Shown here: positions 11,262 through 21,813 of the stretch, in pieces
Layout of the letters: every line of letters begins with the position of its first letter
Numbering within the stretch: position 1 is the first letter of the stretch
Assembly: GCA_964036045.1 (NCBI GenBank)
Contig: OZ038378.1
Coordinates: 194,246,001-194,310,000 of the forward strand
Reading direction: 5' to 3'
Source: Eutreptiella sp. 'Long Island Sound 2002'
Taxonomy: Eukaryota; Protista; Euglenida
DNA length: 64,000 nt
Notes under the pieces: model-generated
The model's database searches: none
What the model saw: only the letters and a program-made list of their open reading frames with translations
Told to the model about the DNA's origin: nothing
Made by a program: the position numbers and the translations under genes

Positions 11262-14200
11262 TCACCAGAAATATGATCCCATAAGCACACAGCCACATGG
11301 CACACATGCATCTACTACGCCTTCTGATTTCAGAGCCTTAATGTATGTTACCCCCCTACACTCTTTGAAACTAAACAGCGACAGACGGGGTAAGGCCGAA
11401 TGAGTGCCATGCTTTGCAGCCCAGTCAGCTCGCATGTGACACAGTGAATGCAGTCCGCATTTATGGACGACTGCTTTATATTGATCCAGGTTGTTCACTA
11501 GAGTCGGCAGCAAAGGACAAGCACACAAGTGACCCACGGAGCTAACCGCAACGCCTCGCTGTATTTTACATAGTGGAGCACCCCAACCAAGAAGGGGACA
11601 CGTGCATTGATTGGATTTCGCAGTACTGCTGGACTAATGGCTGGAATTGTCTATGGCGGGGACATTCAGTCTATCAGAACCGACCATTGATCCCCCTTTA
11701 GTGCCTCAGCGGTTTAAGGACTGGTCCAATAGGGGGCCAGTCTTCACACAAGCCTGCGTGTTGAGTTGTGGGATTGGGTTGTGCATGCATGTGTGCTTTT
11801 ATGCATATTGTTATCTGCTCCATTAGCTCGAGCTCCCCTGGTCTGTGATCAATTGGGACACGACTGGCACTTTCAATGGGCCTGGAACTGTTCCTTCCAA
11901 TATTCCTGAGTTGCATTATTCTTCTTCATTTGCATTTACATCTGAGTTGCTGTATTGAGTGAGCATGCGAATCAATGATTCAAATGTCGCATGTTCATTG
12001 GTGCTATTAGAGTTGTTGCCACATTGGGCTGTGGTTTTGGATTACCCTGTGCAAAGGGGTTTCATACTCATGTAAGTGCCTTTCCCTGAAGGGTGTGCCA
12101 AGAACACACATTGTAGGTGGGTTGGCATGGGCTCAAACCCACCTTCTCTGCTTCTTTTTATTATCACAAGATCTGTCAACAGCTCCAGCAGCAGCAAGCT
12201 TGGCAGCCATCTGTGATGTATGCAACGCCCTCATTCCCACATACCCGGAACAGAACTCAGGAGAAAGTTTGTGGGACGCCCTCAAGGCGTGTCAGTTGCA
12301 TCCCGCTGCATCCCCTGGTGACAGTGTACAAGTCTCAAGTACACGTCCCACCATCCTCTGACGGCATGTGGGTCCTCCACACAGGATAATATATGTTGCA
12401 TTTTAAGTGCCACACAGAGCCGGTCCGTCTGACCGAGCACTTATGAGGCACGGGTAAATCTGAGCAAAAAAAAAGTACATGGAACAGAACTCAACTCCTG
12501 TAGATTTGATTCACTCGCTCTTCTTTCAGAGGCTCATACCCTACCCCCTCCCTCGCGAGGACATTGTCTATGGCGGGGACATTCGGTCAATCAGAACCGA
12601 CCATTGATCCCCTCGTGAGGACAGCACCCTTGTCAGAACAATATGGGGTGCTGTTTCTGCAACTTTTGAAACCATTGGCTTTCGTGGCCCCATTTTCTGG
12701 TTGTCTATGAGGTCAGGTTTTTTTTCTTTGATTTGAAGCAAGGAATAGTATTGATTGCTAGGGTGCCACTTGTTGCCCATAGGTAGGATACGTCTTGCCC
12801 CATTCTGCTCCTTGCTTCAGTGCAGAGAATGTATAATGCTTGTTTTTGAGGCCAATTCAGGGTCCGATTCTGATTTTCGTTCAGGGACAGACACCAGGTG
12901 TGATGGAGCCAGCTATGATGAGGTTTCTGAATCAGGTTCTGTGTCCGATTCAAGTTCCTTGTCAAATGCATCTTCCATTTCTTTGAACAGCAGTGGTCAG
13001 GCCAGGTGTTCTGGAGGACAACGGAGGATGCTTTGCTTTGCTCTCATTGCTCATGTCCTAACGGCGCACTCAAACAGCGCCCTTGGCAGATCAGGAGGGC
13101 CATTTAGTGTCATTTGTTAACTCTTTCTTTGCATACAAATACTTATTGCTCTGGTGTTGTGCAATGCCACATTTGTTGCTCGTTCTTTGGGGCAAAGAGA
13201 GTGCCTTCTTTCATTTGTAATGACAAAATTGGAGGTGGCACCCAGGGGCACCACCGTTGGTTAGGGGGTCCATATAGAAGAAAAAAGTGGAATGTGACTT
13301 GCGTCCGAATTGACGTATAGTGGCAGCTACAGGCGAACCAAGTTTGGCCCACCACAATGCTAGCGGACCCAAAATGGTGCTCTCAGGACCAATATGCATT
13401 GGCCAATGATTCAGCGTATGCATGTGTCAGCGTATGCTTGCCTAATGCTTGCGGATATTTCGGTCCTGTAGCCACCAACTCATCCCGCAGCCATGCAATC
13501 ACACTGAGATGCAAAACAATTGGTCTCAGAAATAACACCATTTGGCAGAGGGAGTGGTCATTGCACAAAGCAAACATTGCATATGCTAAAAAGCTAGCTG
13601 CAGCAATTTTACCATCGCATGCGGCGATGTTACAGCAATTCACGCACCTCCATTGCCACCTCGCGTCGCCGTATCATCGCGTGGAGGCGCCAAGGGACTC
13701 TTCCCCTTGACCACTACGACACACTGATGCAAACGTGCCACACCAGGAAGGAAAAGTTTTGGCTTCAATCCCTACGTACCTTGAGACATCGGTCAATGCA
13801 GGCACTCACACACGTTGCCACTCAACTACTAAGGGAAAACTGGTCAGCTGCGGAGGACCTGTTCCGAGCTGCCGTTGCCATCGTACATCACCTCAAAAAG
13901 CGCTCCCGGCCCTATGACACTGCAAACCCCAACCCAAAACGGACCTGCACGCCCCGCACTGCCCCTCAACCCTCCGAGTCCGAGACAGTGTGGCCTAATC
14001 CCTGAAGACAGGGACCAACCCCTCTACAGACTTGACATCTGACACTGGATTCTTGCACTTGGCGGTGGTGTCGGCTGCGCGCCAGTTCCTATTTTTTCAC
14101 CAACCCATGGCAGGTTGGCCCCCCTGTGGCGTCCTCCCCTTGTCTATTTTTTCCCCCACAGGTGTGGAATGCCACTCCCCAGCGCGCCGTAACCCTGCCT

Positions 14201-16188
14201 GTGTTCTACTTCCCACCTTCGCCCTCTTCTGTGTGTCACCGATCACTCCACAGCAGTGCGCTCTGCCCCAAGCGAATAGTGACCCTTTGTGCCTGATTGA
14301 CCAATTGTGCCTGAATGTCATCCCCTCCCACTCTGATAGTGTATGACAAGCAACCTGCTGATTCACCTCGGCCTTCAATCTTCACTCCGCTGTCTTTTTC
14401 AGCCTACAGTCATTGTGCCTCACGCACACTGGGAAGCCTACGGGCGTGGCAGTCTCCCACTGCATAACCTGGTTTCAGACTCAGCTCATCCTCACTACGT
14501 GTCAGATCCGCTACCACAGTCATTTGTGGGATCATTGTAGCACTGGACAGCTCTGAACCTTGATTCCGAGGGGTCACCTCGAGGACTGTGAAGTAAGCAG
14601 GCTACGCCAGCTCATCTTGGTCTGAGCCAAAAAAAAAAACATTGCATATGCTAAAAAGCTAGGGCAACCGTTACCACCCCCCACCCCCCAACTGTGAGCA
14701 CCAAAAGCGCTGAAAATGATGGAAACACCATCTCGCGCTCCAATTTTAAGCTGTCAACAAGAAGAGGTGCGTTCAAGAAAGTCAAAGAGCAGATGTCAAG
14801 AAGTTGGGAAGCGAATGATGGGATGTTGCATGTAGTTTGGAACAACCATTGGAGCATGGACCCTATGCTCTTGGCCGTCCCAACGCGCCTCTTGTGGTAT
14901 ACAAACCCCTGAACAACCACCGTAGCAGCTAGGACCAACGGGAGGTCCGCGTGACCTTACATGCTATACCCTGACAACACCATCCTTTTTGTCCCTTGTA
15001 CCTTCGATAACCCCACCAACAGGGGCATGGGGAAGGTCTCTCTTCAAGGTGCCTGGCCGAAGGCAATAGAACTTCTACAACCCCAGAGATCTACACTACT
15101 TCTCTTACGGCACCTTTTTTCGGTGGTGGTGTGCACTGTAAGGAGTACAGCTTCATGCCTGGTCATGGCCGTACCCCCCCTCCCCCTTGCGCAAGCACGG
15201 CCTTGTCTAAGCACAGAGTGGTGAGAACAGTGATTTCCTGCCGGTGGGATACCTGGGGTGACGGCCATCATCGGATTATGGCTAAGCATAGAGTGGGCGT
15301 TGAAACGCTGTTTTTAGGAAATTTTGGGACCACTGTTTTTGTCGTCCCAGATGTAAGATGGGGTTTAAAACCATTCTACCACACATTACAACCCGTGATT
15401 CTTAGCCAGTCCCGATATTCCCCTTCCACAGCCTGTCACCATCTGCATCTTCTGGAAATGGGCGGTCATGTGCGTTTGCCATCATGTGTGTCGCACGCGA
15501 GCATAGTGTTGTCTAAGCACCCGGTGGCCGTTGAACCGCTGTTTAGCCTGCTTTTTGGGACCACGGCTGTGCTTGCGCAGGGGGAGGGGGGTTACATTCA
15601 ACTAGAACCACTATCCTACAAGACCTTTGGGTATTTGGCCTACAGTCTGTAATCCTGCTCCTTCGCGGGGCAATACATAGTTGATGGCTTAGCCGACATC
15701 AGTGGTCAGGGCTGTTTGCCACTCTAGCACGTGGCCCTGGTGCAGCCCTAGTGCAGCAAGGAATCCCCACTGTTCGGGACTGTATGATGCCAATGTACAG
15801 GTCAAGCGTCAGATGATTTTGAAAATTGCACCACCTTGGAAAGCAGTTTTACGCTGCAGGTCTGTGGAACTTTCTGCGTTGGTTGCAGCCATGCATTGTT
15901 GCACATTGATGTGTTGTCCAATGTATCATGGGTCACACCACTAGGCACTTTGGAAGTGCACTCCAACCCTTTGACCGTGCACCCAATGAGGAGTTCATTG
16001 CACTGCAGTTGACAACCACCTTTCCTGGGCATTTCTCCAATATAAACCTGCAAGATCTGCCCCACCAAACTCAAGCCCCAACCTGCCCAAGAGCGAAATG
16101 CACACTTGAACAAGTACAGGAGACAGTGGCTGCTTTCAGCATATCCCTGAGTCCGAACCCAGATACAAGCCATGTTTTTTACGTGTTC

Positions 16189-16268
16189 GGGGGAGCGTTA
16201 GTGCGCCAGGCCCACGCCAGGCATCTTTTTTGACCCGTGCCCCACCGGTGACCTTTTAGGGGGTGCGC
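16189..16268 (+). mobile_element. Orphan left end of a related GGGGG transposon upstream of eIF4E
   Basis: GGGGGAGCGTTAGTGCGCCAGGCCCACGCCAGGCATCTTTTTTGACCCGTGCCCCACCGGTGACCTTTTAGGGGGTGCGC matches 24008-24087. Confidence 0.8.
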
Positions 16269-16472
16269 ACTAAGTGCAGTGCGCGCGCAGTGCAACTATT
16301 TGGACATCTAGCCATCCTAGAACCCCATACTTTGTGATACCTGCAAGATCTGCCCCACCAAACTCAAGCCCCAACCTGCTCAAGAGCCAAATGCACACTT
16401 GAACAAGTACAGGAGACAAGGAGACAGTGGCCGCTTTCAGCATATCCCTGAGGCAAACCCCAGATACAAGCA

Positions 16473-17810
16473 ATGTTTTTTTCGTGTTGCATGCATTTGT
16501 GGGTTGAACGAAGTTGCTGCACAACATTTGCACATGTTGTCTCCAGTTCTCATAAGAGCTTATTTCTTGACGCACCGATGTCGACTCGCTCAGCCACGCA
16601 TTCCATGGCCAGTGACCTCATGTTGGCACAAGAGTACTGTTTCTGGAGAGACAACTACGAGGTGGTGATTGTGAAGAATAGACGCCGAAAGTCGTCGCAG
16701 TGCACTGAGCTGGTGCAGTTGAATCGCGTCACCTCATGGGGCGCGTACCAAGCAAGCGTAATCATGCACATGGCCCAGACCCCACAGAACGGCAGTCTGC
16801 ACATCTTTCGCAAGGGAATCACCCCAGAGTACGACGATCCTTTGAATCGGAATGGCGGTCTCTTTAAGCTGACGTTTCAAGCCACAAGTTGTGCTGCGGA
16901 TGCGTTCACAGTGCTGTGCGGTTCCTTCGTGCTGGGGCACGTCCCGAACCACGTGGCAGTGAATGGGGTAACATTTGCCAAAAAGGGGACGAGTTGTGGT
17001 CTGAAGGTGTGGGTTGGGAGCAGGGCCAAGCAGGTGGTGGCCCACGTTCAGGAGTGGTTCACGAAAGAATTGGATGGCTTCATCTCGTCCTGTCTGTTCT
17101 GCCCCATTGTGTCGCTGCTGACCTCCATTCAGAAGAAGCAAGCTGCACTGTGTGTGCCACCACAGCCCATCCAGCAACCACAAGGCCCAAACCCTAGAGA
17201 CGCCATCGGGATCCTCAAGGTACCACCACCACCCCCAGTGATGATGCCCGCAGTCACCACCGCAGGCAACATGGGAATCATCCCTTGGGACTTGGTGCAA
17301 CAGCCGGATGTCGCTGGCAGCCCAAGCCTGTTTCTTCTCAACGAAGCATCGTTCTCGAGTGATGGTAGCGACCCTGACACGGCTGCGTCTGGTAGATCCC
17401 TGGGATACAGCAGTCAGGCCTCCACTTCCGACGTCAATGACCGAGCACGCGATTCGCAGCTGTTGTCGCTGTCCCGAGACGAGTGTATACTGGAGCAGGC
17501 CGTTGAAGAATGTGTACAGGATGTCCAACAAATGGAGGCATCGGGTCCTCAGGTGCCTGCCGCGCTTTCAGTCGTCCACAATGTGTTTGAGGATGATGCC
17601 ATGAGGTGCCTGATGAGCAGGTCTCGGTACTCACAAGCCTGGGCTGTAGAAGCAGCGGACGCCGTGAGAAAGCGGCTGCAAGCCACCGCAGAGCGGTGCC
17701 GTGCATTTCCTCGCGATTTTATGGAAGTGCGGGTCGTGCAAACCTCTCCGCAAGCCCCATGCCGTACATGCTCTGACGATTCTGACGAATGTATGGGCAG
17801 ATGGGGATAG
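16473..17810 (+). CDS. eIF4E: Atypical eIF4E-family cap-binding-fold protein with low-complexity C-terminal extension, copy 1 (likely true start ATG at 16578)
   Basis: Motifs EYCFW, SLHIFRKGITPEYDDPLNRNGGLF and NGVTFAKKG..LKVW align with the eIF4E core (RWALW, DYSLFKDGIEPMWEDEKNKRGGRW, VVNVRAKGDKIAIW). The ORF is uninterrupted. Confidence 0.88.
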   Translation: MFFSCCMHLWVERSCCTTFAHVVSSSHKSLFLDAPMSTRSATHSMASDLMLAQEYCFWRDNYEVVIVKNRRRKSSQCTELVQLNRVTSWGAYQASVIMHMAQTPQNGSLHIFRKGITPEYDDPLNRNGGLFKLTFQATSCAADAFTVLCGSFVLGHVPNHVAVNGVTFAKKGTSCGLKVWVGSRAKQVVAHVQEWFTKELDGFISSCLFCPIVSLLTSIQKKQAALCVPPQPIQQPQGPNPRDAIGILKVPPPPPVMMPAVTTAGNMGIIPWDLVQQPDVAGSPSLFLLNEASFSSDGSDPDTAASGRSLGYSSQASTSDVNDRARDSQLLSLSRDECILEQAVEECVQDVQQMEASGPQVPAALSVVHNVFEDDAMRCLMSRSRYSQAWAVEAADAVRKRLQATAERCRAFPRDFMEVRVVQTSPQAPCRTCSDDSDECMGRWG

Positions 17811-17846
17811 TGCAAATCAGCGATGGATTTAATTTTGGCGCTACTC

Positions 17847-18418
17847 GGGGGTCCGGGTCCGGGGCCGGGGGGGGGGGGCGGTCAGTTTTTGTGACTGGTC
17901 ACAAAAAACATACAGGGCCATAGTGAGAAAGTGCGGCCCCGAAAAAATCTTGTGACCAAAAAGGTTGTCTTCGGTAGAATGTCTCCTGCGTCTGGCTGTA
18001 GTGCAAATTGACCGTGACTGTGTCTGCTTGCACTTTTGCTCCTCCTTTGCATCTATCAGTACCAGTTCATCTAGTGACAGTGGCAGCGATAGTGGCACTG
18101 GCAGCGGCAGTGACAAGTGACAGTGATGGTAGCTGCAGGGAGCAAGACAATTTTGTCACTGTGAGTGATGATAGTGAATGACATTGAGACATTGAATGAC
18201 ATTGAATGACGTTAACAATGTTGCATCCACAGGGCCCTATGCTTATCATGAGTGCTGTTGCATCACCCCCCCCCCCCCCCACCCATGTACATGTATGGGC
18301 TGAGGGCTGCCCCAAACCCCTGGTTTTAGGTCACCTTTTTTTGTGACCAGATATTGTGACCTTTTTCATGACCAAGGGGAGGGGGGTTGGTGAGGGACCC
18401 CGGACCCCCCCCCCCCCC
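17847..18418. mobile_element. MITE-like element, copy 1
   Basis: 11-bp inverted repeat GGGGGTCCGGG (17847) / CCCGGACCCCC (18399) plus inverted TGTGACC subterminal motifs. Confidence 0.55.
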
Positions 18419-19077
18419 AGTTAGATCCAACCCTGGTGCAAATGCGGCTGCAAGCCTATGGGCATATATGGGCCTGTGGGCATGTGCTGCTTTGCATGAA
18501 GGGGGCAGGTTTGTGCCTGTGGCATCGCTTGGCTTGAGGTACTGTTACACAATGTATGCATATCCTCTGTTGATGGCAACCACATGTTTCTCATGCATTG
18601 CAGGATGGCAATCCTTCCTTTTTGTGCACAAATGGTGCGAGACCACCATTGCTCCTGCACCATGCAAGGGGGGCAGCCGGCATCCTATTTTGTGGATGTT
18701 CCATCTGCTTTTGGACCGTGGCCCTGCCCTGACTGCCAAGCAGAAACCCGCCAGTGACCCTGATCCTGTGGAACCTGAACCCTTAAGGGTTCCGTTACAA
18801 CAGCACCCTCAGCCGCAGGCAGGACGCACAAGGGATGTCCCAACTGGGCACTAATTCCACACGGCATCCCCCAAGCAAAGGGCAGCCGGGAGGATGTGGC
18901 GCCGCATCCGTGACAAGGGGAGCGGTATGTCTGCATCAATGAGGTCTGGAACACGGATTATACCCCGACCAGTGGGTTGACTGCCAGAGTCACTCTGTTT
19001 TACAATAAAGGGCCTCCCTTTTCCTGCACTGAGCTGTAGACCAATACCGGTATCTTCTTGCATACACCTATAGATTT

Positions 19078-19580
19078 ATGCATAGGCGTTTTACAAAGTT
19101 GCCCCTGCAATTCTTATCACATCCTTTACGGTCAGCAGTGTCTCCACACGAGGCTGGCAGCTGCAAGGGACACACAACATTTGCACAAGTACTGACGCTT
19201 TGGACGACCTTGCTTACACAAGCGATCCCACAAAATTTGTTGGCTGACGTCAAAACCTTTACCAGCACCCCTCATGCCGCTTTCCTACAGGCACCATCCT
19301 GTATTGCAACACCCCCCAGCCACCCCCCTCGCCAGCCCCTACTGATGCACTCCTAGCATGTTTATCAGATATCCTACAACAAATGCAGCGGCTTCACGTA
19401 CCCAGTGAACCGTGGTCTCAGGGCTGGGTACTTGCTATCCACACAAGGGCATTGATTTTTCAAACGTTACAGTTGTTTGTCCACGTTGACGATAATACTA
19501 TTGTGGCTGCATCCCAGGCCCAGTTGCAAGCTGCCCTCTATACCGAGTGCATGTTTTGGACCCCCAAATATGAGCGCTGA
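19078..19580 (+). pseudogene. Non-LTR RT fragment, frameshifted with in-frame stop
   Basis: Same RT motifs split over frames by small deletions and a TAG. Confidence 0.7.
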
Positions 19581-20232
19581 TTCTTGCACCGGAAAGGGCA
19601 TTCCATCCCAAATAGGACACTATTCCGTGCAGTTTGCGTCTCGTCCCGCCCCATTGGCTCCACGAGGCATGTATCACAGCATGCGCCTGGAAGTACAGGA
19701 CTGCCATGGATCAACGTGCCTGCCCTGTGTGCAACTGCAACAGGGCCTGTGGTTCTGATGTCACTGTCCCTTCCCTCCACAGGCCTTGCCATGCCTCAAA
19801 TGCCCCTTACCCCGGGCCCGGGTGCCATCACACATGTCCCCCCCCCCCCCCAATGCCCCACCAACCATAACCGTCTTGAAACAAGCACATGGCTGTTGCA
19901 TGGTTTGGAAGAGAAGGTCTGTCTGATCTGTGCGTTCGAACCTGATTGCGGTGGTGTTGATGGATCGCCTCGTTGGGCATATGGTTGAATGATGAAATGT
20001 TTGTGTCTGCTGGTCAACAAGCTTTTAAATTCAAGGGAACACATCTCATAGGAGGATGGCTGAAGAAGTGGAAGCAGCACATATCGGGAGAGCTCCGACT
20101 GGTGCACTGAACACAGGATTGATGCCCTCCTCCTCCACCAATGCCAAAGGGAGAGGGGGCTTCCTTTGCATCTCAGTTTTACTCCGTCACTGAGGATGAC
20201 AAGTTGGCGCAGACCCCTTACTAAACTGTTAA

Positions 20233-20784
20233 ATGCCGAAAACACACACAGTATATGCTTTTTACAAAGTTGCCCCTGCAATTCTTATAACATCCTTTAT
20301 GGTCAGCAGTGTCTCCACACGAGGCTGGCAGCTGCAAGGGACACACAACATTTGCACAAGTACTGACGCTTTGGACGACCTTGCTTACACAAGCGATCCC
20401 ACAATATGTGTGTATTTGTTGGCTGATGTCAAAGCCTTTACCAGCACCCCTCATGCCGCTTTCCTACAGGCACCATCCTGTATTGCAACACCCCCCAGCC
20501 ACCCCCCTCGCCAGCCCCTACTGATGCACTTTCAGCATGTTTATCAGATATCCTACAACAAATGCAGCGGCTTCACATACCCAGTGAACCGTGGTCTCAG
20601 GGCTGGGTACTTCCTATCCCACGCCCCATTCGCTTTGGCGCGCCTCACAAGGGCATTGATTTTTCAAACGTTACAGTTGTTTGTCCACGTTGACGACAAT
20701 ACTATTGTGGCTGCATCCCAGGCCCAGTTGCAAGCTGCCCTCTATACCAAGTGCATGTTTTGGACCCCCAAATATGAGCTCTGA
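20233..20784 (+). pseudogene. Non-LTR RT fragment (open 183-aa frame)
   Basis: Near-identical to 1965-2516. Confidence 0.75.
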
Positions 20785-21037
20785 TTCTTCTCACCCTCTA
20801 CCTCTCCTCTGCTGCTGAATCATCTGAAAGGGACATTGCAATCCAATTGAAAACTGCTTCCTTCCCCTGCATCTGTGGGTTCAGTACCCTGCTCAGCTTT
20901 GTGTGGTATGAAATGCACTTCAGCTTTCCCCACTGGGAAAGTGGACACTTGTGCAGTACTGCAGGCTTTGCATCAAGGAGTTGTCATCCTTTACCTTCCC
21001 TTCATCGGCATATGTTGGGGCGAGTCCGCAGGTGCTA

Positions 21038-21813
21038 GGACACCAACTACCCCTGCCGCCCCCACCTGCCCAACCCCCCCCCCCCCCCTGGCGCTTTTGG
21101 CCAGGCGCCTTTGGCCAACAGTTAGTGAAATGAGCCCTTTTTGAGCCCATTGCAAGCCATTTTGGCCACTCCAAAGTCACAAAACGCCTTGAAAATGGGC
21201 TGTTTTGGGACCAAAAATCAGTCAAAAATGGATCAAAAATGTGCTTTTCCAAAGATATATTTGGACCACTTGGGGTGCCTAAACAAGTGGAATGAGCCCA
21301 TTTTCAGACCATGATGAACCATTTTGGCCCCTCTCAAGGCCGAAAGGGCCTTGAATATGGGCCAATCTGGGACCACAAATGGCTCAAAAACAGGTCAAAA
21401 CCATGGTTTTTCAAAAATAATCCTAGTCCAGTTGTGGTGCCCAAACGGATGAACACAGCTCGTTTTGAGCCCCTTTTGAGCTGCTCTCATCCACTTTCCA
21501 GTGCGTACCTCATTTGTCGTTGAAGTCTCCTAGACGATGTTCCTTCCCCCACCAGCTCGGTCCCAATATTCAATCCTGGTATGGTTAGAGAGAGGGCAAG
21601 GGGAGGTAAGGGGAGCCTGTGATGAACCAACGCTTGGCCTTGGGGGCATGTACCCCCCAAATTGCCCCACCTGGACCCCCCTCCCCCAACCAACCCTCCC
21701 GGACTCCCCCGCTCTTGGGCAAAAGCCCCCCAAGACCCCCCCTCTCCCTAGCCCCCCCCCCCCCCCCCAGGGGGCCTCCTACCAACAGTTAGTTGGGGGG
21801 GTAGTTGGCGTCC
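21038..21813. mobile_element. About 776-bp non-autonomous TIR element (MITE-like)
   Basis: 16-bp inverted termini GGACACCAACTACCCC / GGGGTAGTTGGCGTCC (15/16). CCAACAGTTAG occurs near both ends in the same orientation. TSD not resolved. Confidence 0.6.

Noticed and set aside
13114-14005. C-terminal zinc-knuckle region of a LINE ORF2
   Set aside because: Coding-like but fragmented; the CCHC pattern is incomplete and cannot be supported without an HMM search.
16734-17531. 265-aa antisense ORF (also at 36538 and 47681)
   Set aside because: Shadow of the eIF4E coding strand, with no recognisable motifs.
16473-17810. Euglenid non-conventional introns or an SL relic at the eIF4E gene
   Set aside because: The ORF is continuous and the upstream sequence has no convincing SL match, so a retrogene origin remains unproven.
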